Shown one piece after another: positions 48,534 through 57,782 of a stretch of 64,000 nt of DNA (its first letter is position 1; every line of letters starts with the position of its first letter). The notes beneath the pieces are model-generated. The model was not told the DNA's origin. It saw only the letters and a list, made by a program, of their open reading frames with translations, and did no database searches. The position numbers were made by a program, and so were the translations under genes. The DNA comes from Candidatus Parcubacteria bacterium (lineage in GTDB: Bacteria > Patescibacteriota > Minisyncoccia > Sungbacterales > SURF-37), in NCBI GenBank assembly GCA_003599755.1, contig QZJO01000011.1:66424-130423 (forward strand), read 5' to 3'.

Positions 48534-48863
48534 AGTTGTTTCTCGAAGATATTGCGGCCAGGACATGGCCTGAGTCATCGTTATGTTCGAACCTCTAATT
48601 CTTCGCATCAAACCGATTCAATTTTGAACTTTTGGCCTTCCATTTTTGACAATGCTCGGGCGGCAGGATCCCGGCGCTCTGCGCCTAGAACCGTCGCGGC
48701 ACGCGCACTGCATGCGCTAACGCCGCTCTTTGAAACCTTGCGGTTTCAATACTTCCACCACGGGGAAACTCCCGTTTCCCCGACCTCCCTTCTCTGGTTC
48801 GAATCCTACGCGCCTCGTGCATCAAAATCAAAACCCCTCGCAAGGAGAGGTTTTGATTTCGAA

Positions 48864-49070
48864 CTCCGAAAGCGAGACGACGTTCGAACCTTAACGATCA
48901 AATTAGTCCGCGACGTTTATGAAAGCATACGCGAGTTCGGTCTCGCGCTCAATCTGCCGACGTTCGCTTTTGTTCCGGGTCGCCGTGACGACGCCTCGCG
49001 GTGGCGTCCTTCTCACATTATGAATTCGGAGCAGGCCGCCAAGTGGGAGAAACCGGCCGCATGAGGCCGG
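48864..49070 (+). repeat. 207-bp direct repeat, copy 2
   Basis: Matches 46756..46962. Confidence 0.95.
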
Positions 49071-49120
49071 TCCGCGTTCGAGCGTTTCATGGTAGAAGCT
49101 AGATAACGAATCAGCAGTAG

Positions 49121-51004
49121 CTATTCGCCCATCTCTCCGAGGAAGCGGGATCTCTCCTTTCCAACGATCCTTCCACCATGCCGATGCGTTTCTCTGCCTG
49201 TTCGCTGAGAGGCCCATGACATCAGTAACGACTGTTTCGAGCGGGTAACCGAGACGAAGAAAAGGCGCCGGCGCTCCTCGATGTTCGGCATCTCCCCCGG
49301 CATGAGATCGTCCTCCAGCGCGGGAATAAAAACGATTGGCGCCTCGAGGCCTTTGGCGCTGTGCATGGTAAGAATCCGTACCTTATCCGGGAGTTCCGCA
49401 TCCTTTCCCTCGAGCTTGCCAGCTTCTCGCTCCTGCTCGAAATTCTGCAGGAGCTCGCTTAGTTTCATCACATTCTCCTTCCCCGCCTGCCTTGCAAAGT
49501 ATTCCTGTGCGATCCCTATTCCCTTATCATCAGCGCATTGTGGTGCATCTCGGATAATGGTCGGGATGATTGTTTCGAAATTCCTTTCAGCAGCACGTTC
49601 GGACATCTTCCGATGAAATTCTCCTACGAGACGTCGGTGCCGAATATCGGGATAGCGACTGGGGTCCTTTGCGACATTTTGAGTTGCCGCCCAAAGTGAC
49701 TGCCCGTTTGCCTGAGCCAGATCACGAAGATGTTTAATGGTCTCTGCCCCAATGCCATCGTGCGCGCCAAGACATTGGCGTGCAGCCAGATTATCTGACT
49801 GATCAGCCAGGAGTCCGAGTACCGCGAGGAGTTGAGCGAAACATTCAGAGTCGAATGGACCAGCTATTCTCAATTGAACATCGGTCGGAATATTGGCTAC
49901 CCGAAGCGCTGAGATGTAATCATCCGCAACTCCACCATCGCCAAAGAGAATCATCATCTCACGGTACTGAGCGCCACGTTCGTGAAGTTCCTCGACCTTA
50001 GCGACCAGCCATTGGATTTCTGCTTTTTTGCTTCGCAACCAGAAGGTTGCGACTGTGCCCCCATTCTGCGCGGCAACAAGGTTGGCCTTTCCTGGAATTC
50101 TTATCCTGTTGTTGCGAATCAAGGCATTTGCTTTATCGATTATGGCGGACGGGCAGCGATGGCATTTTGTTAGAAGGAGCGTCGTGGTGCCAGCGACGCG
50201 GTCGTGGAAATCAACCAGTCCATTGGGTCGAGCGAAGCGCTGGGTCTCATAGATGCTTTGGTCCTCATCGCCCACTACACAAAGACCACGAGGGTTACCT
50301 ATCAGAAGACGTACCAGCTCTTGATCGCTATGATTCAGGTCCTGGTATTCATCGACGAGTAGATAATGAATCCTCGCCTGCTCTCTTTCGCGAATGTTGG
50401 GATGGGCTTCAAAGATGCGCAACACAGCGTGAACAACTCGAAACCAATCGACACCACCATAGAATCCCTGAATCGCCTCGTACGCTTCGGTGAACCTATG
50501 ATAGGTCTCCGTTGCTTGGGGGCTCCTGCGAATCCAGTTCGGGATACCAGCGCCGCTCAATTCGGCCCTGTACGCGTTTAGATATGTTTTTATATTGCCC
50601 TGTCCTCTGAAAGGCAGTCGTAGACCGATCGCATTTAGATCGACCATCACATCTTGGATAAGGATTCTTGTTTCATGCTCACTTAAGGGTCGAACCGTTT
50701 GTTTCATTCCAACTAGGTCAGCGTGCTGTTTTAGAATCCCCATCGCTTTCGAGTGAAGCGTCCGGACATCAGGCATTCGATCCGGAGCGATGCCCTCGCG
50801 TTCGAGACGCTGCCGCATCTCTTTCGCCGCCGCACGCGTAAACGTCACCGCGAGCATCGTTTTTGGATCAATTTTGTCCTTAGTGAGCAGATCAACTATT
50901 CGAGCGACCAGACACATGGTCTTTCCAGTTCCAGGACCAGCAACAACGCGGAGAGGGCTATCCCTGTGATCCACGACTTGCTGCTGCTCGTCGCTCAGAT
51001 TCAT
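49121..51004 (-). CDS. UvrD/Rep/PcrA-family SF1 helicase, AT-richer than flanks
   Basis: AGPGTGKT, TFTRAAA, TLHS, VDEYQD, VGDEDQSIY, TMHSAKGLE, ERRRLFFVSVTRS. Confidence 0.92.
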   Translation of the reverse strand: MNLSDEQQQVVDHRDSPLRVVAGPGTGKTMCLVARIVDLLTKDKIDPKTMLAVTFTRAAAKEMRQRLEREGIAPDRMPDVRTLHSKAMGILKQHADLVGMKQTVRPLSEHETRILIQDVMVDLNAIGLRLPFRGQGNIKTYLNAYRAELSGAGIPNWIRRSPQATETYHRFTEAYEAIQGFYGGVDWFRVVHAVLRIFEAHPNIREREQARIHYLLVDEYQDLNHSDQELVRLLIGNPRGLCVVGDEDQSIYETQRFARPNGLVDFHDRVAGTTTLLLTKCHRCPSAIIDKANALIRNNRIRIPGKANLVAAQNGGTVATFWLRSKKAEIQWLVAKVEELHERGAQYREMMILFGDGGVADDYISALRVANIPTDVQLRIAGPFDSECFAQLLAVLGLLADQSDNLAARQCLGAHDGIGAETIKHLRDLAQANGQSLWAATQNVAKDPSRYPDIRHRRLVGEFHRKMSERAAERNFETIIPTIIRDAPQCADDKGIGIAQEYFARQAGKENVMKLSELLQNFEQEREAGKLEGKDAELPDKVRILTMHSAKGLEAPIVFIPALEDDLMPGEMPNIEERRRLFFVSVTRSKQSLLMSWASQRTGRETHRHGGRIVGKERSRFLGEMGE

Positions 51005-51209
51005 AATCCCGGATATGTTCGAACTTTTCTTTGAGAGGTCATGCGATTACTTTAAAACGTTGTTGTTTCTGGGTGTTTAGGACATAACCTCTCCGGAGTA
51101 TCGCCGCCTCAGAAACCGGCCTACTTCGGCCGGTTTCTCCGTCTAGTCGCCATCCTGCGGGGTCGTAAAGTGAGCACAGGTTCGATCAGAACTGCCGGCT
51201 CCTTGCGAA

Positions 51210-51401
51210 ATGAACATGAACGAAACCGCAGGGTATCGAGCGTTCCAGGCACGCGTCCGTGCCTGGGGCGATCTCTTCGCATCAATGGGTCTCCCCATGA
51301 AGGCGGACGATGTCGAGACTGTCGCGACGTATGCAGCGGCAATCGAAGAAGTGATTCGGAAAAGTCGTCGGAATTCGCGTAAGCGTATTAGTCGAAAGTA
51401 G
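51210..51401 (+). CDS. Small hypothetical protein
   Basis: 63-aa ORF only; no motif recognised. Confidence 0.3.
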   Translation: MNMNETAGYRAFQARVRAWGDLFASMGLPMKADDVETVATYAAAIEEVIRKSRRNSRKRISRK

Positions 51402-51514
51402 CTAGATAACTGCGGGGACGTCGGCGAGAGGATCGAACCGTGGGGATGAGTCCAGGTTCGAATCCCACGCCTGGGTGAGGTTGAAACGCGCGCATTTATG
51501 CGCAAAATGACCGA

Positions 51515-51586
51515 CTCCGGCGGCAGGATTCGAACCTGCGACCATCTCGTTAACAGCGAGCCGCTCTACCACTGAGCTACGCCGGA
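51515..51586 (-). tRNA. tRNA-Asn(GTT), CCA not encoded
   Basis: TCCGGCG-TAGCTCAGTGGTAGAGC-GGCTCGCT-GTT-AACGAG-ATGGTC-GCAGGTTCGAATCCTGC-CGCCGGA-G folds as a cloverleaf. Confidence 0.95.
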
Positions 51587-51825
51587 ATAAGGTTATGCTT
51601 TCGAATGTACTTTCTGCCTGCTGCACTCTTCAGATATCGCTCACGTTCTCGCGCTTCCTCAATCGTATTGCATTCTTCTGTATATATCACTTTCCACGGA
51701 GCATACCGGCTAGAGAAGGTTCCTTGCCCATTATTATGCTCATGAAGTCTGCGGTCTAGATCCGTAGTGCTGCCGGTATATGTCTTTTTCGCCGTTTTAC
51801 TTTTGAGGATGTACACTATCGCCAT
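51577..51825 (-). CDS. Stand-alone GIY-YIG nuclease
   Basis: VYILKS...YTGSTTDLDRRLHEHN...PW..IY.E.....EARERERYLKS..GR; its stop codon lies inside the tRNA 5' end. Confidence 0.92.
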   Translation of the reverse strand: MAIVYILKSKTAKKTYTGSTTDLDRRLHEHNNGQGTFSSRYAPWKVIYTEECNTIEEARERERYLKSAAGRKYIRKHNLIPA

Positions 51826-51826
51826 A

Positions 51827-51890
51827 CCGCTCTACCCGCCTCGCGTCGACTCGCCGCGAGTCGAGGCGGGCCACTGAGCTACGCCGGAAT
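51827..51890 (-). repeat. Duplicated 5' part of tRNA-Asn interrupted by a 36-bp palindromic insertion
   Basis: CCGCTCTA[CCCGCCTCG...CGAGGCGGG]CCACTGAGCTACGCCGGAAT versus the uninterrupted copy at 51561..51588. Confidence 0.9.
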
Positions 51891-51996
51891 ATGTATCCGC
51901 CCCTTTAATAAGAACTTCCATCTGAAATCTCCGCGGGCCGCTGAGCTTCCGATGTGCGACTGAACATCGCAAGGATACGCCAAAATCGATCAGAAA

Positions 51997-52344
51997 TCAA
52001 TACGGATAAAAGATCGAAGCCACCCGCTTGGGTGGCTTCGCATAACGGCGGCACCAGGAAAGAATCCGGTCGGCCGATGGATCGGCGATGCCGGTCGTCC
52101 CCCAGCGGAAGATGCCGTTGCAGAACCGCTGGCCCGCCGGCGTGTTCGGCCGAATGCAGTGCTCGATTGCGTACGGCCGCTCCTCGATCATGAGTCCGTC
52201 CGCGCGCCGGCAAGCATAGGCGAGTAGGACATCGGGCTCGATGAGCAGGGTGCCGAGCAGCATGGCAAGAAACACGGCAACAAAGGTCAGGGCGATCACC
52301 GCCCCGTACAGCATGAAGCGCGTGCGATCGAATGCGCCTCGCAT
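51997..52344 (-). CDS. Hypothetical single-TM protein
   Basis: Purine-rich SD, N-terminal TM, four Cys. Confidence 0.5.
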   Translation of the reverse strand: MRGAFDRTRFMLYGAVIALTFVAVFLAMLLGTLLIEPDVLLAYACRRADGLMIEERPYAIEHCIRPNTPAGQRFCNGIFRWGTTGIADPSADRILSWCRRYAKPPKRVASIFYPY

Positions 52345-52491
52345 GCTACACCCCTTTCCCGCATGGTCGCGGACGATTTTATGAACCTAGGGCATTCTCT
52401 ATTATATAGCAATCCGCTATAAGGAAAGGCCTCACCCGAGAGAGCCGTGCTTGGCTTCCCCGGGTGAGGCCTATGCTCTGTGAAGACGCGT

Positions 52492-52785
52492 TCACGGCGC
52501 CGCTGCCAACGTATATCCCCTCGCACGGAGGAAGCATTCGATGTACTCGCGGCACTCATCGCTGATCAGCTCGGCGCACTGCGGCGGGAAGAACGTGACC
52601 TCCGTTGATCCGATCGGACGCAGGAGTTCGAAGGTCGTGTGTCCCAGCCCATCCTTGAGCCCGGCATGACCGATGAACCATACGTCGCCGCGTTCTGTGA
52701 CCGGCACCACGCGGATGTTCTCTGCGGCCTTCTTGGGCGCTTTCTGGAACAGTCGGGAAGCCAGTGCTTTGATCCCCGCTAGCAT
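52492..52785 (-). CDS. Small hypothetical protein
   Basis: GAGGAGG SD before MLAGIK. Confidence 0.55.
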   Translation of the reverse strand: MLAGIKALASRLFQKAPKKAAENIRVVPVTERGDVWFIGHAGLKDGLGHTTFELLRPIGSTEVTFFPPQCAELISDECREYIECFLRARGYTLAAAP

Positions 52786-52892
52786 GGCGCACCTCCTCGA
52801 TGCGGGTATGCTAACAGGAACGGTATTTTTCGCAATGCCGAAAAACACTCCTCCTTTGAAGAGGTTGGGGATATTCGGTTAACAATGATGGC

Positions 52893-54239
52893 CTAGATCT
52901 CGCACGAGACCGATACCTCCTCGTCGATGCAGGTGTCGGTTCCCCCGCCGCCGTGTACGGTATCCGTGCCCGGGCCGCCGTCGAGGAGATCGTCCCCGTT
53001 GCCGCCCTGCAGCTGGTCATTGCCGTCTTCGCCGTAGAGCTCATCGTCGTCATTGCTGCCGGTCGCGTTGTCATTTCCGCCGCCGAGGCGGATGACGTCA
53101 TTCCCGTTTCCGCCGCTGACCGTGTCATTGCCGCTGCCGGTCACGATTTCGTCATTCCCGTTTCCACCGGAAACCGTGTTGTTTCCTTCGCCGCCGAAAA
53201 TATCATCGTCCCCATTACCGCCCGTAATAACGTCATCGCCGTTGCCGCCGTAGATCGTGTCATTCCCCGCGCCGGCATTTACTTCGTCGTTGCCATCGCC
53301 CAAATCAATCCAGTCATCGCCGTCGCCGGTCTGGACTTCGTCGTTGCCGCCGTAGGCATACACGGTCGCGGGGCCATCGGATTGGATGATGAGGTCGCGG
53401 CCGGGCGTTCCGCAGATGATGTCGGTTCCATCCTCGGCTTTGGCCATGTCCGTGCCATTGCCGTCGTACATGACGATCACGTCATCAACGCCGTCGAACG
53501 CGCGCAAGATCCCGTTATAAGAGCTTCCGTCATCGCGGCCGCCGTGGATGATTTCGTTGGCATCCACCCAAATGGTCGCCGGGTGGCCCTCGCAAAACGG
53601 CGCATCGGTCGGGACGCTCTGGACCTCCACTACTAAATCGCAGCCGAACGTTTCGCCGGCAAGCGCGGGATCGAGCTGGTATTCGGACGCGACGCCCGAA
53701 TCCTGGGAGCACTGTCCCATGAAGCAGGGCACATGCAAGTCAATAATCCATTGATCCGCGGTGTCGCTTTCGGATTTCGCGAGCGTTCCGACGGCGATGC
53801 TGGAGGTTGCACTCGGATCATGGAATGCGGGCACGCCGGTGTCGTTGGCCGGCGCGTTGTCCGGGGTTTTGGAAAGATACGGGCAGAGCGACCGATAACA
53901 GCGGGCATAGTCGGTCGGGTTTTCCCGGCAATACGCGCGTTCCTCTTCGCTGTCGGTGCGGGGCTTGGGCCGCTGGACGATGCGATATTCGACTTCATCG
54001 AGGTTCGGGTTGGCGATGAACGCCGATGAAAGGTCGATGTTGATGGGCTCGAGATGCACTTCGCCCGGAAATACGGTCGAGAACGAAATGATATTGGGCG
54101 TGACGGAGAGGTTCGCGTTGATGGTGACGTGGTTTGCGCTGACGCCAAGCGTGCCGAACGCGGCAATTGCCAAAAAGCCGGCCGCAGCTACAAGCAGGCG
54201 CACGACGTATGAATTCATTCCCGGAATATGACTAGTCAT
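52893..54239 (-). CDS. Secreted protein: divergent Cys-rich core plus RTX/hemolysin-type Ca-binding repeats
   Basis: Signal peptide; FSTVFPGE, LCPYLSK, WIIDLHVPCFMGQCSQD, FGCDL; many GGxGxD nonapeptides. Confidence 0.85.
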   Translation of the reverse strand: MTSHIPGMNSYVVRLLVAAAGFLAIAAFGTLGVSANHVTINANLSVTPNIISFSTVFPGEVHLEPINIDLSSAFIANPNLDEVEYRIVQRPKPRTDSEEERAYCRENPTDYARCYRSLCPYLSKTPDNAPANDTGVPAFHDPSATSSIAVGTLAKSESDTADQWIIDLHVPCFMGQCSQDSGVASEYQLDPALAGETFGCDLVVEVQSVPTDAPFCEGHPATIWVDANEIIHGGRDDGSSYNGILRAFDGVDDVIVMYDGNGTDMAKAEDGTDIICGTPGRDLIIQSDGPATVYAYGGNDEVQTGDGDDWIDLGDGNDEVNAGAGNDTIYGGNGDDVITGGNGDDDIFGGEGNNTVSGGNGNDEIVTGSGNDTVSGGNGNDVIRLGGGNDNATGSNDDDELYGEDGNDQLQGGNGDDLLDGGPGTDTVHGGGGTDTCIDEEVSVSCEI

Positions 54240-57025
54240 TCCGTTGCTGGCGCATCAGACGGCGGAGGGGTCGGAACTGGCTCGGGAACAGGTGCTTCGG
54301 GCGAGGGGTCGGCTGGAGCCGGATCCATCGGCGGAGGCGGAGCTTCGGCAGGATCAGGCACCGGCGCTTCGGCCGGCTCTTCGGGCTCAGCCACGGGCGT
54401 CTCCGATGGCGTCTCCGTAGTCGAGGAATCGGGCGTGGCATCAGATTGTTCTTCCGGCGTCGGAGCAGGGGTCTGGGCTGCTGGTTCCGGCTCGCTGCTC
54501 GCCTCCGGTTCATCAGCAACCCCGCCATCTACCGCGGGCTCCTCGGAAGCGTCAGTATTCGTCGCTTGTGAGTCATTTTCGTCTGCCGGCGCGGCCGGAT
54601 CTTCGTCTGCAGGCGCGCTTTCGCTTGCGGGCGCAGGGGTTTCAATGGCTTCCTCTTCGGGTTCCGGCTCCGGCCGGCGGACTTCTAACGGCAGCGGTTC
54701 TTCCACGGGGATATCAACCGCATCCACGAGTACGGGCTGTACGATGGTAGTCAGTTTTTCGCCGCTGGGCTGGAACGGCGTCTGCCACGGCTGCATGACT
54801 TCGAGCGGCCGGTAGAAATAATTGTTGGCAGCGCCCGGCGTCGGGTCGGGGTCCACCCAGTTGGCCGCGCCATCCGGAATGCGCGCGAACGATTTGTTCT
54901 CGGGCGCATCCTGGGTGTAGGCGTGGCTGTCGATCAACAAGCCGCCCGCGCCGATTTCATTCGAGAACAGGCGCACGGTGTCGCCGCCGGTATTTTCCAG
55001 TTCAAAATCGTCGTCCCCGTCGCGGTAGACCACGAGGAATCCGTGCGATGGGATGATCGTGCTGCCGGTATCGGTGATCGCGCCCGAGATCACGAGCTCG
55101 TTGTCGTTCGAGCTGTCGTAGAGCACGTAGCCCGCCACGTCCACGCTGAAGCCCGTGGGATTGAAGAGCTCCACCCATTCGCCGTCGAGCGCCCCGCCGC
55201 CCGTTCCCTGGTCGTCCCCGGTGGGGTTGGGGACGAATTCGTTGATCAATACATGGGTTGTCGAATCATACGGCTGCACTTCGCCGCAAGCGATTTGGTT
55301 GGGCAGGGCGCGGTAGTTGACCGTCACGCCCGAATCGAAGCGGATCGCGGTATTGGCATCCAGATCGTTGCCGGTTCCGGCTTTCGCGAACGCGGCCAAA
55401 AGCGTCCGGCTGCCGTTGATGTGAATGTCGCCTTCGGACGCGAAGAGCACGGCCTCGCCGATATCCGACGCATCGGCCGCGGCCTCGATGGCCGCGTCGT
55501 CGCCGGTAATCGCGCCGCTTGTGGATACGAGCAAGATCGCGCCGACGACGCCCGAGCCCGAAAAGCTTGCGCCCGCGGCGATATCGATCGCGCCGTCCAC
55601 GATGATGGTTACGAAACTGTCGCCGAATGCCGGGTCCTGGGCAATGACGGTGTTGGAACCGATCGCGAGATTGCCGTGGATGTAGAGCGGCCCGTCGATG
55701 ACGGCGCTGTTGTTCGCGCCGAACTCCACGTTGCCCATGATTTCGGCCGGTCCGAGCTCGAGGCCGACGGTATTGTCCGGGAAGATGAGATGGCCGTTGA
55801 TAGTGCCGCCGTCTTGCGCGCGGGCTTTCCAGAAAGGAATAGAAATATTCGGAAGCGTCGTAGCCGGGATATTCGTAAGCGTCGTACCGGACACGGTGAT
55901 GCTCGGATCAATCGTGTTCTTGGCAAACGCGCTGCCGTTGATTTCGCGGCCGGATCCCCCGCCGAACGCTTCGATCTCATCGTTGGAGCGGACGTTGCCG
56001 TTGACTACCACGCTCGGGCCGAACGTTACGTCATCGTTGCCGTTGGTCACGCCGGCCGCCTGCACCGCGAGTTGATCCGGAAACGCGGCGAAATTTGCCG
56101 CGCAGGCAAAGCCGGTGTCGAAGTTCAAAAAGTCCACGACTTCGGTCTCGATGTCGTCGATCGTCACCGCGACGCTTTCGGGCGTGAGGTGCTGCCAGCC
56201 GATGCGCGTTTCCTCTTTGACGATATAACCGGCCGGGTCGAGGCCCGTGAATTGGTAGTAGCCGTTGGCGTCGGTGACCGTAACGGCGATCACGTCGAGT
56301 GTATCGCCATCGAGCAATTGGATCTGCCAGCCCTCGACGCCGAAGTCGCCCGGCGTAAAGGATTCGGACTGGTCGAGGTCATGGTATTTGTAGCCCTGGA
56401 TTTTTCCCTTGGTCTGGGCAAAGTCGTAAATCTCGGTCGTGATCAAACTCTCGTGCGCGCCGGGCAGGCCGGAGTCGCAGGCAATGGCTTTGACCACCGC
56501 GTCGTCCGAAAGCGGAATGGGCCCCACGGGTTTGGGTCCGCCGGCCGAGATGCCGCAGACCGGATCGGGCGCGATGTTCGGGTCCAGCCCCGGGGTGACC
56601 GTATAAAACACATGCGTGGCGTCCGGATCGTCGTCATCAATCGTGAGATTGATCGGGTCGGTGTAATTGCCGCCCGGCGGCGTGATGACCGGCGGCTCGA
56701 TCATGATGATCGTCGCGGTGACGTTGACCACGTGGCCCTCGAACGCCGTGATAAGCGGCAGCGAGGCCACGCTCAGGGCGACCGCGATCGCGGTCAGGCG
56801 CGTGAAGGTCTTGCGGCTCGAGAGCCGCCGCTGCACCCGTTGCAGCATCCGCGCCACCGGAGAGATCCGCCGCGGTATGATCACGGCCGGAGTGCTCGTC
56901 TTCGCAGTGAGGTTGATGACGTAGCGGCTCAACGGCGCAGTCCGCTTGCGCTGGACACGCGTAACACCGCCTTTGGCAAGGCGTTTTATTTCGGAAATTT
57001 GTTTCTTCGAGCGGGATTCGTTCAT
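54236..57025 (-). CDS. Large secreted multidomain adhesin-like protein (FEGHVVNVTA strand, chitobiase/FN3-associated-like, SdrD-B/Cna-B-like, beta-rich region, lamin-tail domain, acidic Pro tail)
   Basis: LPLITA|FEGHVVNVTAT; PVITPPGG.Y...FYT...VKAIA; IQGYKYHDLD...GW.I.L...TDANGYYQFTGL.P..Y.V.E; INEF...EWVELFN...PTPGAAN. Confidence 0.8.
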   Translation of the reverse strand: MNESRSKKQISEIKRLAKGGVTRVQRKRTAPLSRYVINLTAKTSTPAVIIPRRISPVARMLQRVQRRLSSRKTFTRLTAIAVALSVASLPLITAFEGHVVNVTATIIMIEPPVITPPGGNYTDPINLTIDDDDPDATHVFYTVTPGLDPNIAPDPVCGISAGGPKPVGPIPLSDDAVVKAIACDSGLPGAHESLITTEIYDFAQTKGKIQGYKYHDLDQSESFTPGDFGVEGWQIQLLDGDTLDVIAVTVTDANGYYQFTGLDPAGYIVKEETRIGWQHLTPESVAVTIDDIETEVVDFLNFDTGFACAANFAAFPDQLAVQAAGVTNGNDDVTFGPSVVVNGNVRSNDEIEAFGGGSGREINGSAFAKNTIDPSITVSGTTLTNIPATTLPNISIPFWKARAQDGGTINGHLIFPDNTVGLELGPAEIMGNVEFGANNSAVIDGPLYIHGNLAIGSNTVIAQDPAFGDSFVTIIVDGAIDIAAGASFSGSGVVGAILLVSTSGAITGDDAAIEAAADASDIGEAVLFASEGDIHINGSRTLLAAFAKAGTGNDLDANTAIRFDSGVTVNYRALPNQIACGEVQPYDSTTHVLINEFVPNPTGDDQGTGGGALDGEWVELFNPTGFSVDVAGYVLYDSSNDNELVISGAITDTGSTIIPSHGFLVVYRDGDDDFELENTGGDTVRLFSNEIGAGGLLIDSHAYTQDAPENKSFARIPDGAANWVDPDPTPGAANNYFYRPLEVMQPWQTPFQPSGEKLTTIVQPVLVDAVDIPVEEPLPLEVRRPEPEPEEEAIETPAPASESAPADEDPAAPADENDSQATNTDASEEPAVDGGVADEPEASSEPEPAAQTPAPTPEEQSDATPDSSTTETPSETPVAEPEEPAEAPVPDPAEAPPPPMDPAPADPSPEAPVPEPVPTPPPSDAPATE

Positions 57026-57057
57026 GTGAGTCGAGTCCCCGGCCCGGTTGTAGAATT

Positions 57058-57318
57058 TCAGCTGGCGCGCCGCTTGAACAAATAGTCCTTCAGCCGACGC
57101 TTCAGCAGTCTGCGACCGTGCGTTGTTTTGAGATGTTTCTCTCTGCGGCGCGCATCGGAGCCTTCGAGCATGGCCTCGTAGTAGATGCAGCGCCACTGGC
57201 TTCTCTTGGTGGAGAAATTCTTCCCGCTGTTGTGTTCGGCGAGTCGCTTTCGGAGATCAACGGTATATCCGATGTAATGCTCTCCGCTTGGGTTCTCGAG
57301 AACGTAGACGTAGAACAC
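57058..57318 (-). CDS. Stand-alone GIY-YIG nuclease
   Basis: FYVYVL...YIGYTVDLRKRLAEHNSG...YYEA....DARRREKHLK...GR; GTG start. Confidence 0.9.
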   Translation of the reverse strand: MFYVYVLENPSGEHYIGYTVDLRKRLAEHNSGKNFSTKRSQWRCIYYEAMLEGSDARRREKHLKTTHGRRLLKRRLKDYLFKRRAS

Positions 57319-57328
57319 AGCTGAAATT

Positions 57329-57763
57329 TCACAACCGGGAGGCCCAGATCGAGATGTAACCGATGTACGGTATGCGAAACGGTTGTTCGGGGCGGAATTC
57401 CACCGCTTCCCCGACCACGTCTTCATAGGTGACGGGCGGGTCCTCGGAAAAATTCGCGTCCCCTTTCGTGACTAGCGTCGTCGCGTTGGTTCGCACCACC
57501 CGGTGGATGGTGAAGCCCTCGGCGTTCCGCCAGACCACGATGTCGCCCTCGGCGATGTCGGGTTTGGACACCGCGCGAATCAAAATCATGTCCCCGGTTT
57601 TGAGCGCGGGCCACATGGAGCCGGACGTGATCGCGGCAATGGGAACGTCGGTCCCGAATTTCCAGATCAGGAATTTGGGCACGCCCCAGAGAATGCCAAC
57701 GACGATCGCGGCGTAGATCGCCACGTTCAAGACGATTTTGAGAACGGTGCGGGTCACAGCCAC
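57329..57763 (-). CDS. Signal peptidase I, SipW/archaeal Sec11 type (Ser-His)
   Basis: N-terminal TM, ITSGSMWPAL..GD, GDIVV, IHRVV (His rather than Lys), TKGDAN..ED, IPYIG; start uncertain (GTG). Confidence 0.9.
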   Translation of the reverse strand: MAVTRTVLKIVLNVAIYAAIVVGILWGVPKFLIWKFGTDVPIAAITSGSMWPALKTGDMILIRAVSKPDIAEGDIVVWRNAEGFTIHRVVRTNATTLVTKGDANFSEDPPVTYEDVVGEAVEFRPEQPFRIPYIGYISIWASRL

Positions 57764-57782
57764 AGGCGTGCAGGCATCGCGC

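Noticed and set aside
46756-49070. DGR template/variable repeat pair or IS ends
   Set aside because: No reverse transcriptase or transposase in the window; the repeats are direct, the few mismatches are not all at adenines, and neither copy ends a credible target gene.
49121-51004. Gabija system (GajB)
   Set aside because: No adjacent OLD/TOPRIM nuclease (GajA) is visible.
51410-51480. Second tRNA (GGTTCGAATCCCAC)
   Set aside because: Only a T-arm-like fragment; no D-arm, anticodon arm or acceptor stem can be formed. The same applies to GGTTCGAATCC near 48798.
52893-53500. RTX toxin
   Set aside because: Only Ca-binding nonapeptides on a Sec-signal protein; no toxin domain or adjacent type I secretion genes.
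54923-57085. Long plus-strand ORFs (720 aa here; also 61729..63192, 8893..9966, 13320..14231)
   Set aside because: Antisense shadows of well-supported minus-strand genes, expected at high GC; no motifs.
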